Shown piece after piece: positions 24,010-31,949 of a DNA stretch of 32,000 nucleotides (within the stretch, counting starts at the first letter, position 1; every line of letters starts with the position of its first letter). Both the position numbers and the translations under genes were made by a program. This DNA is from Allobaculum fili (GTDB lineage Bacteria > Bacillota_I > Bacilli_A > Erysipelotrichales > Erysipelotrichaceae): assembly GCF_020969955.1 (NCBI RefSeq), contig NZ_JAHDSX010000003.1, positions 79,470 through 111,469 on the forward strand, read 5' to 3'. The notes under the pieces were generated by a model. That model was given only the letters and a program-made list of their open reading frames with translations. It did not search any database and was not told the origin of the DNA.

Positions 24010-24197
24010 GCCCTGCTATTGTAGCACAGGAATTTCAGAATCAAAACGAAAATTTCAATTCCTTCCTAAAGGAACGATCTGCTCGGGACTTCTGGAGGAG
24101 CCGGGCATCAAAAAAAAGAAGGATCTCTGCGGAAACCATCCGTTTTGATCCTTCGTATTCATTCATCTCTGTATTATCTTGTCTGTTCTGTCGGCTT

Positions 24198-25370
24198 CTA
24201 CTGACCAAGCTGGCTTTGGAGGTCGGCGATCTGGGCATCGTACTGCTGAAGAATGTCATCGGTACTCAGACCTTCTTCGGCCAGAAACTGCGCGTAATTG
24301 TCCCGGTCTGTACGCAGGGAATCGAGCTGTGCCTGAAGGGCATCCGTATTGTCTGCGGGCTGTGCAGCTGGATCAGAAGGATTTTCGCTGATCGGCTGTC
24401 CCGATACGTAGTCGTTATACACCTGAGTAAACGTTTTGCCGGTGGTGACTTTCATGGCTTCATCGATTTTGTTGCGCGCATCTTCTTCGAGCGCGTTAAA
24501 GACGTCGATTTTATCCACAATGGTGGCGCGCGTTGCTTCGTCTGCCGCGTTAAAGCCCTGGGCGAACGAAAGCAGATCCGCAAATTCCGGATTATCCACG
24601 GAAAGTGTATTGTCCTTCATTTCCGCAAGCAGATCCGTAAAGGATTTGCCGGTGTGCTTTGGATTAAGGAAGTACTCATCGATTTCCGTTTTCTTGGCCG
24701 CCGGGAGCGAGTTGTAGTCGTTTTCGAGATTGACCAGATTTCGCTTCTGGGCATCCGACATCATCGAGAATTCATCCGCATAGTTCACAAGCCGCTTGTA
24801 GGCTGCGTCCTGATCGACGCTGGCTACATGGGCCGGATCATATACGGTGACTTTCCAGGCATAAGCGCCAAAGAGAACGCCAAGCACGATGACGGCGGCA
24901 AGGATGACCTTGAATTTGGTCGTCTTATAAAACGGAACGGCTGAGGCCGGCTTTTTCGCAGCGCCTTCCTCTTTCGTATCTTTCTTAACTTCATAGCGGC
25001 TCGGCTCCAGATCTTCCCCTTTCGAAGCCTGTGCCTTTCCTTTGGAATGGCGCTTTTTGTTTGGTCTGGAAGAGGGATGCGAGCGGGCAAACTGGTTTTC
25101 TTCTTCTTCGATACTGACCTGACCGCGTTCCTTGCGCAGCTGATCGAGCGCCGAAAGCATCGTTTCTTCCGCAACACGCCGCTGTTCTTCGGACATGGTT
25201 CCTTCGAGAGACGACGTCGTTACATCGCTGTCGTCTTCGGGAAAGAGAAGATATTCTACCTGCTTATCGAGCAGTTTCTGCGTATAATCATCAATTTCAT
25301 TTTGATCCTTTGGAAAGGAAGAATCCGGATTTTCGGGAGTCTGGTTTTTATTCTGTTCTGAATCGGACAT
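24198..25370 (-). CDS. Hypothetical single-pass membrane protein (acidic N-terminus, basic juxtamembrane region, about 230-aa extracytoplasmic domain)
   Basis: Track ORF 24198..25448 starts with TTG. ATG 25370 (MSDSEQNKNQ) lies 9 nt after AGGAGG; ATG 25376 is an alternative. The TM helix is FKVILAAVIVLGVLFGAYAW. I do not recognise a family. Confidence 0.6.
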   Translation of the reverse strand: MSDSEQNKNQTPENPDSSFPKDQNEIDDYTQKLLDKQVEYLLFPEDDSDVTTSSLEGTMSEEQRRVAEETMLSALDQLRKERGQVSIEEEENQFARSHPSSRPNKKRHSKGKAQASKGEDLEPSRYEVKKDTKEEGAAKKPASAVPFYKTTKFKVILAAVIVLGVLFGAYAWKVTVYDPAHVASVDQDAAYKRLVNYADEFSMMSDAQKRNLVNLENDYNSLPAAKKTEIDEYFLNPKHTGKSFTDLLAEMKDNTLSVDNPEFADLLSFAQGFNAADEATRATIVDKIDVFNALEEDARNKIDEAMKVTTGKTFTQVYNDYVSGQPISENPSDPAAQPADNTDALQAQLDSLRTDRDNYAQFLAEEGLSTDDILQQYDAQIADLQSQLGQ

Positions 25371-25722
25371 ACCCATACACCTCCTGCGTTCTAACTGTAA
25401 CACACAATACCGCCGGCTTCCCCCCCATCCTGCTGCACCAAAATACAAAGGCTGTCTTCCTTATCTTTTCAAAATACGAAAGGCCCTTTTGATTTACGGC
25501 CGTCTGGCAAGACGAAACTAAAGTTCGGGAAAGTCAGTTTTCTGGTAACAAAGAGCCTATATTTTACCAGCCCTTTTGGATCGTGCATGAAAAAAGTCCT
25601 GAATTCCTACATTTTCGAATCCGTTATCAAAGTCAACTTTTGTTCATTGTTTTATTCATTAAATCCATAAATTTCAGTCTTTTTCGGGCGATCCGCTCAT
25701 CCGGATTTGACGGTTCGGCCGA

Positions 25723-25751
25723 TTGGCATAAGGGAATGTTCTTTCTATAAT
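25723..25751 (+). promoter_or_regulatory. Candidate sigma-70-type promoter TTGGCA-17 nt-TATAAT
   Basis: Near-consensus hexamers with 17-nt spacing. The -10 box ends 41 nt upstream of ATG 25793. Confidence 0.5.
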
Positions 25752-25792
25752 GAAGTCAGATTTAGTGAAATTCATGATAAAGGAGCAAAGGT

Positions 25793-26131
25793 ATGCATAC
25801 CAACTATGACTGCTTTGAAGATGAACTGATCGAATCCATTGCCCAGCCGATTCTTGAGGCTCTGCTGTCCCTTCAGGACGAACTTGCAGACCCTTATGCA
25901 GAGTCAAAAATTTCGATTGTCCCCCACGATTTCCATCCCGCCGATCTGGATGCGGAGGAAGTCTTCCCCATGGATCTGCCTGCAGAGACGGACACGGAAG
26001 TTCGACAGGTCATGATCAACTGTGATTTTGACGAAAATCTTCCAGGATTATCCGATGATTTTCTCGAAAAACTGCAGGATTACTTACAGGAAAAGCTCGA
26101 CGAACTGTCCATGCCCCGTGTTCTGCACTAA
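25793..26131 (+). CDS. Small, highly acidic hypothetical protein (112 aa)
   Basis: AAAGGAG SD upstream of the ATG. D/E-rich sequence (DLDAEEVFPMDLPAETDTE, DDFLEKLQDYLQEKLDE). I do not recognise a family. Confidence 0.55.
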   Translation: MHTNYDCFEDELIESIAQPILEALLSLQDELADPYAESKISIVPHDFHPADLDAEEVFPMDLPAETDTEVRQVMINCDFDENLPGLSDDFLEKLQDYLQEKLDELSMPRVLH

Positions 26132-26210
26132 AGAGAAGCGATTCTGCCAGATTGTTCTTATGTCTTTAAGATTTTGCGTTCGGCGCGAATCCATGTTTTA
26201 ATGTCGTCAT

Positions 26211-26293
26211 GCGGATGTGGTGAAACTGGCAGACACTCTAGACTTAGGATCTAGTGCTTCGGCGTGCAGGTTCGAGTCCTGTCATCCGCACCA
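26211..26293 (+). tRNA. tRNA-Leu (anticodon TAG), long variable arm
   Basis: Elements are acceptor GCGGATG/CATCCGC, anticodon stem CTAGA/TCTAG with loop CTTAGGA, an extended variable arm, T loop TTCGAGT, and an encoded CCA. Confidence 0.9.
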
Positions 26294-26302
26294 TAAGAAA
26301 GC

Positions 26303-26340
26303 AAGCCCGTCAGATTGAATCTGTTCGGGCTTTTGTTTTG
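26303..26340 (+). terminator. Intrinsic terminator after tRNA-Leu
   Basis: Hairpin AAGCCCG-N16-CGGGCTT followed by TTGTTTTG. Confidence 0.7.
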
Positions 26341-26527
26341 CCTGCGTGATCAATAGATCCGCAGATCTGCGCCGTTTCGTGTTTTTCAAAAAGAAAAATC
26401 CGAATTCGCCGGTCCGTACGAATGAACGAATTCGGATAGAAAGTTTCAAATCAGATTCTTCGGCCTGTCGTCTGCATTGTCCTTCGACGCTTCTGCAAAC
26501 GACTTTTCGGCTTTACTCAGAACCGGC

Positions 26528-27202
26528 TTATTTCTGAAAGAGCGGTTTTGGTTCCAGGCACATGAGCAGAGCCATCTTGAACGGGCCGTTGACCTGAATG
26601 GCGTGGCGGCCGTTTTTGGCAAAGAGAATTTCTTCGCCGGCATGAAGAACATGCTCGACCCCTTCATAAATTACCGTGGCTTCGCCTTCGAGCCCAAAGA
26701 GCAGAGCTTCGCCAGGCGCCGCGTGCTCGGAAAGACCGGTGCCTTCGTCAAAGGACATGACGACCAGTTTCATGCCCGGTGTGAAAAATACATCCCGGTT
26801 TACAATGGATCCGTTTTTGTACGGAACCAGATCTGCGAGTTTAAAAACCTCTCCAGGTGCAAGATTAAGATTCATGGATTCAGCATCTCCCGGCGCTATT
26901 TCTATATAAATAGCGCCTTTTTCGGTTTCTGTTCCCACAGGAACATTTTTCTCGGTCCAGCAGGCGTCCTGGGCGTTCAGTCGTACAACTTCCGTTTGCG
27001 AAGTGTGAACCGTCAGATCGCCGTCCATCACCCAGATCAGCTTGTTCTGACGATAGGTTTCCGGAGAAATATCCGTCTGGGCACCAAGAGAAAACACGAT
27101 GGCCATCCCTTTTGCGTCTGGCAGAAGGTCGTGCGAAATGGTGCAGCCATCGATTGGCTGATCGTCTTTCAAAATGGAAAAGACAGAACCCGGTGTAATC
27201 AT
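26528..27202 (-). CDS. Cupin-fold (apparently two-barrel) protein, function unknown
   Basis: 224 aa, beta-rich, with two similar halves. One is LIWVMDGDLTVHT...VPVGTETEKGAIYIEI. The other is GLSEHAAPGEALLFGLEGEATVIYEG..HVLHAGEEILFAKNGRHAI, which is cupin_2-like. The assignment is by eye. Confidence 0.55.
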   Translation of the reverse strand: MITPGSVFSILKDDQPIDGCTISHDLLPDAKGMAIVFSLGAQTDISPETYRQNKLIWVMDGDLTVHTSQTEVVRLNAQDACWTEKNVPVGTETEKGAIYIEIAPGDAESMNLNLAPGEVFKLADLVPYKNGSIVNRDVFFTPGMKLVVMSFDEGTGLSEHAAPGEALLFGLEGEATVIYEGVEHVLHAGEEILFAKNGRHAIQVNGPFKMALLMCLEPKPLFQK

Positions 27203-27404
27203 ATGCGTTATCTCCTTTATCCCTGCAGTCGGCTATTTCATCGTCGCCGCTTTCTGGACAATTCCACCCTAGCATACCCGTATTGTTTTATCGAAACGTC
27301 CTGACCGATCCGTTTTTACGCATATGGCGCGAAAAAGAAACGAGCCGTTTCTTTGGTCCGCTCTCAAAAGAAAACGCGCTGTCCTTTCGCACGTTCTGGA
27401 AAGA

Positions 27405-27439
27405 TAAAAAAAACACGCCAGGCGGTTAACCTGACGTGT
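27405..27439 (-). terminator. Intrinsic terminator after tRNA-Gln
   Basis: On the minus strand the hairpin is ACACGTCAGG-loop-CCTGGCGTGT followed by TTTTTTTTAT. Confidence 0.7.
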
Positions 27440-27448
27440 AAATTGGCT

Positions 27449-27524
27449 TGGCTGGGGTACGTGGATTCGAACCACGGAAATGGCAGATTCAGAGTCTGCT
27501 GCCTTACCGCTTGGCTATACCCCA
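27449..27524 (-). tRNA. tRNA-Gln (anticodon CTG)
   Basis: The reverse complement is TGGGGTATAGCCAAGCGGTAAGGCAGCAGACTCTGAATCTGCCATTTCCGTGGTTCGAATCCACGTACCCCAGCCA. It is almost collinear with E. coli tRNA-Gln(CUG) as I remember it. The variable loop has one extra nucleotide. Confidence 0.8.
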
Positions 27525-27657
27525 ATGCGCTCATTTAAGATAATCCATATCTTGGAAGATTGCAAGGAATTCTTTTAAAAAAAGTGAAAAAAAGTTTCGG
27601 TAAATATTTTTGATTTATTTATGGTCCCTGCGCATATTCAGCAGTTTCCAGTCCATT

Positions 27658-28170
27658 TCAAAGCCGTTCTTCCGGCTTTCCCAACCTGCCGGTCCGGTCT
27701 GCATCCACGAGAACCGCGTTTTGCGAAAGGATAAGATCCAGCTTTTCTTTTCGGCTCAGCTGTTTCAGGTGCCATTCCCGGCTGAGGGCATCGTGCCGGC
27801 TCAAAAAGACTTCGTGATAGACCAGAAGGACCGGAAGACGGCTTCGCGTATACCGCGCGCCTTTTTTCTGGTTATGCGCCTTCAGGCGGCGAGGAAGCCG
27901 ATTGGTGCTGCCCGTATAAAAGGTTCCGTCTCTGCAGCAGAGGATATAGACATACCAGAAGGGCTGGACAGCTTCCAGAACGGGATCAGGCGTTTCTATA
28001 TTGCTTTGGGATGAGTCGGACTGAACCGATGAGTTCTGATCTTTTCGAACGCATTGCGCGTTTTGTTTTTTTCGTGTGGTCACAGTCCCAGTTCTCCCCT
28101 CTCCCGTTTTGAATTTTGCACAGACAGTTTCTGCCTTTTTGGATCCCGTTTCACCGATTGACGGATTCAT
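27658..28170 (-). CDS. GIY-YIG domain protein (UPF0213/YhbQ-like) with a roughly 75-aa low-complexity N-terminal extension
   Basis: The C-terminal part WYVYILCCRDGTFYTGSTNRLPRRLKAHNQKKGARYTRSRLPVLLVYHEVFLSRHDALSREWHLKQLSRKEK matches the GIY-YIG (Y-x10-YTG..R..H..G..YT...E) pattern. The ATG directly abuts the TAA of the upstream gene. Confidence 0.7.
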   Translation of the reverse strand: MNPSIGETGSKKAETVCAKFKTGEGRTGTVTTRKKQNAQCVRKDQNSSVQSDSSQSNIETPDPVLEAVQPFWYVYILCCRDGTFYTGSTNRLPRRLKAHNQKKGARYTRSRLPVLLVYHEVFLSRHDALSREWHLKQLSRKEKLDLILSQNAVLVDADRTGRLGKPEERL

Positions 28171-28539
28171 TTACTGCCCGCAGATCTCTGCCAGTTTTTC
28201 CAGAAAGGCCGCTGTCTGTTCTTCCAGCTGGAAACGAAACAGAAATTCCTCGATCGCCTGATCCAGTTCAGAAAAAGTACGCAGCGAAAGAAAGCCGTCT
28301 TCGTTCTGTACCCAGACTTCATAGGAATCCTTATATTTCGACAGATGAACCGCATTCCTTGACCAACCCTTGGTCAAGGAATGCAGTTCGCCTTCTTCTT
28401 CGTGGATCCAGTACGCCTTCTCCTCCAGATTCAGGGCGCAAACCGCCGGTTTCAGGACGCTGTGCACAAAGGGTTTCCAATCTCTCTGCGCAGACGACTT
28501 TATCGTCTGGATCGGATCGGTATTTGAATCTTCCTTCAT
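28171..28539 (-). CDS. Hypothetical 122-aa cytoplasmic protein
   Basis: Track ORF with no recognisable motif. It appears translationally coupled to the GIY-YIG gene (TAA then ATG with no spacer). Confidence 0.5.
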   Translation of the reverse strand: MKEDSNTDPIQTIKSSAQRDWKPFVHSVLKPAVCALNLEEKAYWIHEEEGELHSLTKGWSRNAVHLSKYKDSYEVWVQNEDGFLSLRTFSELDQAIEEFLFRFQLEEQTAAFLEKLAEICGQ

Positions 28540-29038
28540 CTTTCTTCTTCCTTTCTTAGAACGGTTCCGCCCGCAAAAAGACTGCCGTGCCGCGTGCTTT
28601 TCATTTCTGCAAGGAGCAGTCCGGATCCATTTTGTATCCAGTCTGTCTCTCTTTGATCTTCCCGTTCAGGTATTGTTTTTCATGAATTGTTTTTCGGATT
28701 TGCGTGCTTTTCGGAACTGAAATGTATCCCGGATACGGTTTATGATCCGTTTCCAGCTTTCCTTTTATTTTTTCGTTTTTGTTTCCGGCGCAGGCGGCTG
28801 AAATACCCTCTTTGCCTGCATTTTGAAAGCTGTTTTCTGAAACATCTAGGAAAAGAAGGCAAAGCTTTTATAATAATCGCATTGTTTGTGAAATTTCCTC
28901 AGTCCAGCGCAGATCGTTTCCGGCTTTGCCTAATGCAAAATCGAGCCCGAACCGGATTTGCGAAGGCTGATCGTAACAGATCCCCAAACAGCCAGAATTT
29001 TTACTGGGTTTGGCGGAATCTTGAGGAGAGATAAGAAA

Positions 29039-30328
29039 ATGAAAAAACAAGGTCTTGGTACCATTGCGGTACAGGGCGGCTATACTCCGGGAAACGGCGA
29101 ACCCCGTCAGATTCCTATTGTACAGTCGACAACGTTCAAATACGCAAACGGCGATGAAATGGGCGCGCTTTTCAACCTCGAAGCTGAAGGCTACTTTTAC
29201 ACACGGCTTCAAAACCCGACCAACGACTCGGTAGCGGCCAAAATCTGTGCCCTCGAAGGCGGCAGTGCAGCGATGCTCACGTCCAGCGGTCAGGCGGCCA
29301 ACTTCTTTGCGATCTTTAATATCGCCAACTGCGGCGATCATGTCGTCTGCTCCACATCCATTTATGGCGGAACGTACAACCTCTTCAATGTCACCATGCG
29401 CAAGATGGGCATTGACTTCACCTTTGTGGATCCGGACGCTTCCCCCGAAGAGCTGGATGCGGCGTTCCGTCCCAATACGAAAGCTGTCTTTGGCGAAACG
29501 ATCGCCAATCCGGCGCTCACCGTTCTGGACATTGAAAAGTTCGCGGATGCGGCCCACCGTCATGGGGTGCCGCTGATTGTGGACAATACGTTCCCGACTC
29601 CGATTCACTGCCGCCCGTTTGAATGGGGCGCGGATATCGTCACCCATTCCACGACAAAATACATGGACGGACATGGTGCTGCCGTCGGCGGTGCAATCGT
29701 CGATTCCGGAAAATTCGACTGGACGGCGCATGCCGAGAAATATCCGGGACTGACCACGCCGGATGAATCCTACCATGGCATTACCTATACCGAACGCTTC
29801 GGTCTGGAAGGTGCCTATATCACCAAGGCCACCGCGCAGCTCATGCGGGACTTTGGAGCCATCCAGTCGCCACAGCACGCGTTCTACTTGAACCTGGGTC
29901 TGGAAAGCCTGCATCTTCGCATGAAACAGCACGCGATAAACGGCCAGGCGGTGGCGGAATTCCTGGAAAAGCATCCAGCCGTCAAGAGCGTTGAATACGC
30001 AGGGCTTCCTTCTTCCAAATACCATGCGCTCGCTCAGAAGTATCTTCCGGAGGGCGGATGCGGCGTTGTCTCCTTCCGTCTGAAGGGCGGTCGCGAAGCC
30101 GCACAGAAATTCATGGAAAACCTGAAGATCGCTGCTATTGAAACGCACGTAGCCGATGCCCGCTCCTGCGTTCTTCATCCGGCCAGCACCACGCATCGTC
30201 AGCTGACCGATGCGGAACTGGAGGCAGCCGGCGTATACAGCGATCTGATCCGCTTCTCCTGCGGCATTGAAGATACGCAGGATCTGCTAGACGACATTGC
30301 ACAGGCGCTCGAGGCGACAGAAGCATAG
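29039..30328 (+). CDS. metY: O-acetylhomoserine sulfhydrylase / aminocarboxypropyltransferase (PLP-dependent)
   Basis: Track ORF 28958..30328, with an in-frame ATG at 29039 after GAGGAGAG (MKKQGLGTIAVQGGY). It carries the Cys/Met-metabolism PLP family motifs, including the PLP lysine in HSTTKYMDGHG and the C-terminal IRFSCGIED. Confidence 0.9.
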   Translation: MKKQGLGTIAVQGGYTPGNGEPRQIPIVQSTTFKYANGDEMGALFNLEAEGYFYTRLQNPTNDSVAAKICALEGGSAAMLTSSGQAANFFAIFNIANCGDHVVCSTSIYGGTYNLFNVTMRKMGIDFTFVDPDASPEELDAAFRPNTKAVFGETIANPALTVLDIEKFADAAHRHGVPLIVDNTFPTPIHCRPFEWGADIVTHSTTKYMDGHGAAVGGAIVDSGKFDWTAHAEKYPGLTTPDESYHGITYTERFGLEGAYITKATAQLMRDFGAIQSPQHAFYLNLGLESLHLRMKQHAINGQAVAEFLEKHPAVKSVEYAGLPSSKYHALAQKYLPEGGCGVVSFRLKGGREAAQKFMENLKIAAIETHVADARSCVLHPASTTHRQLTDAELEAAGVYSDLIRFSCGIEDTQDLLDDIAQALEATEA

Positions 30329-30696
30329 TTTTCCTTTCCATTCGCTTTTATTCCCGTTTTGATTTTGATGTTCTGAACTTTTCCCGGATCGGCAGCTGCT
30401 GTCCTTACAGATAGGAACTGGGTTCTATCGTGCCGTCTCGTTCCTGTCTGAGGCCGCTTCTTCTGCCCGATCCGGTTTTCTTCCCTTTTGTATTTTGCAG
30501 CGCATTTCTCTATCGCCGTTTCGATATCATTTTTCTGTACCGTTTTGCAGAACCAGATCGCATCCTGGCGGACTTTATGTTTCCGGCTCTGGATTTTGTT
30601 CTGCCTCTGGCTTTTGGGTCCGGTCTCTTTTTGCGCAAAGGAGCACCATTAGAATCTGGACCTGACTTTGTACTTTTAGAAAGGAAGTCTGATTGT

Positions 30697-31668
30697 ATGC
30701 CGATTAAAATTCCTGAACAGCTGCCGGCGACCAAAACGCTGGTCGATGAAAACATCTTTGTGATGACCGAAACCCGGGCGACCAGCCAGGACATCCGCCC
30801 GCTTCATATTCTTCTGCTGAATCTGATGCCGACCAAAATTGAAACGGAGACGCAGCTGGCCCGCGTGCTGGGCAATACGCCTCTGCAGATCGAACTGGAT
30901 CTGCTGCAGACCTCTTCGTATGAGCCGTCTCATATTTCTTCTTCGCACATGCAGGCGTTTTATAAAACCTTTGATCAGATCAAGGATAAATACTACGACG
31001 GCTTTGTGATTACCGGAGCGCCGCTCGAGCATCTGGACTATGAAGAAGTCGACTACTGGAACGAACTTTGCAAAATTATGGACTGGTCGCTGACGCATGT
31101 CTTCTCCACCCTGCATATTTGCTGGGGCGCGTTTGCGGGGCTGTACTATCACTATGGCATCGGCAATGTGAAGCTTCCGGAAAAGCTGTTTGGCGTCTTT
31201 GAACATCACGTCGATCGTCCAAGTTCAATTCTGTTTCGCGGTTTTGATGACGTGTTCATGGTTCCCCATTCGCGCGGCATTGGTCTGCGCGAAGATCAGG
31301 TGCTCGCCTGCGACAAACTGAAAGTTCTCGCTTCTTCCGACAAAGCCGGTCTGTACTGTCTTTCTACAGAAGGGGGACGCCAGATTTTCGTAACCGGACA
31401 CAGCGAATACGATCCGCGTACGCTCGAAAAGGAATACCTGCGCGATGTCAACGCAGGCGTTCCCATTCACGTTCCGGACAACTACTATCCTGGCGATGAT
31501 CCGTCCAAGGATCCCGTCGTTCGCTGGCGTTCTTCCGGCAACCTGTTCTTTGCCAACTGGATCAACTACATCGTCTACCAGACGACACCTTACGATCTCG
31601 AACAGCTGCAGATCGTCAAGGAATTCATCAAAAACAAAAGCGCTCAGGATCATACGGCAGAGAAGTAG
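30697..31668 (+). CDS. metA: Homoserine O-acyltransferase (MetA family)
   Basis: Track ORF 30430..31668, with an in-frame ATG at 30697 after AAGGAAG (MPIKIPEQLPATKTL). Motifs seen: LNLMPTKIETETQ, the active-site region LHICWGAFAG, and HSRG. Confidence 0.9.
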   Translation: MPIKIPEQLPATKTLVDENIFVMTETRATSQDIRPLHILLLNLMPTKIETETQLARVLGNTPLQIELDLLQTSSYEPSHISSSHMQAFYKTFDQIKDKYYDGFVITGAPLEHLDYEEVDYWNELCKIMDWSLTHVFSTLHICWGAFAGLYYHYGIGNVKLPEKLFGVFEHHVDRPSSILFRGFDDVFMVPHSRGIGLREDQVLACDKLKVLASSDKAGLYCLSTEGGRQIFVTGHSEYDPRTLEKEYLRDVNAGVPIHVPDNYYPGDDPSKDPVVRWRSSGNLFFANWINYIVYQTTPYDLEQLQIVKEFIKNKSAQDHTAEK

Positions 31669-31812
31669 TCAGCCGGCTCTCTGAGTGATCCATACGAAAA
31701 CAAATCCTTCACCTCTCGCCTTCTTCTGAACAGTGCGCAGGACAGGTTTCTGTTTTCCATTGGTTTGATTTTTGCGGCTTTTGTATAAAATCTGTACCTT
31801 TTCTGAATTTCG

Positions 31813-31850
31813 AAAAAATGTCTGTCCATTTGCGGGCAGACATTTTTTCT
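31813..31850. terminator. Intrinsic (bidirectional-looking) terminator after metA
   Basis: AAAAAA, then hairpin ATGTCTG-N12-CAGACAT, then TTTTTTCTC. Confidence 0.65.
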
Positions 31851-31909
31851 CTGCAATCCATTCGAATTCGTTCGTAAGCGTCAAATAAAAGACGGGTATT
31901 TTCTCGACC

Positions 31910-31948
31910 GCCTCCTTGGGATAATTCCTTTATTCAAGGAGGCTTTTT
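31910..31948 (+). promoter_or_regulatory. Hairpin pairing an anti-SD (GCCTCCTTG) with the SD (CAAGGAGGC) of the next ORF, followed by TTTTT
   Basis: Perfect 9-bp stem (31910-31918 with 31935-31943). The 3' arm contains AAGGAGG, 7 nt upstream of ATG 31950. Confidence 0.45.
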
Positions 31949-31949
31949 C

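Noticed and set aside
23952-24944. 330-aa plus-strand ORF.
   Set aside because: It begins inside the tRNA-Thr gene and runs antisense to the 24198..25370 membrane-protein gene. It has no SD.
28540-29038. SAM-I (S-box) riboswitch or Met T-box upstream of metY.
   Set aside because: I could not find the conserved core sequences by eye, so no riboswitch is annotated. An Infernal scan is needed before excluding one.
28868-30196. 442-aa minus-strand ORF.
   Set aside because: It is antisense to metY, whose PLP-enzyme motifs are unambiguous. The translation is Arg/Gly-rich with no recognisable family.
30430-30696. N-terminal 89-codon extension of metA, and similar in-frame upstream extensions at 9642, 10632, 28958, 6942, 9186, 25448 and 21814.
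   Set aside because: The upstream parts lack coding character and mostly begin with non-ATG codons. Internal ATGs with good SD sites give proteins that start where the families normally start.
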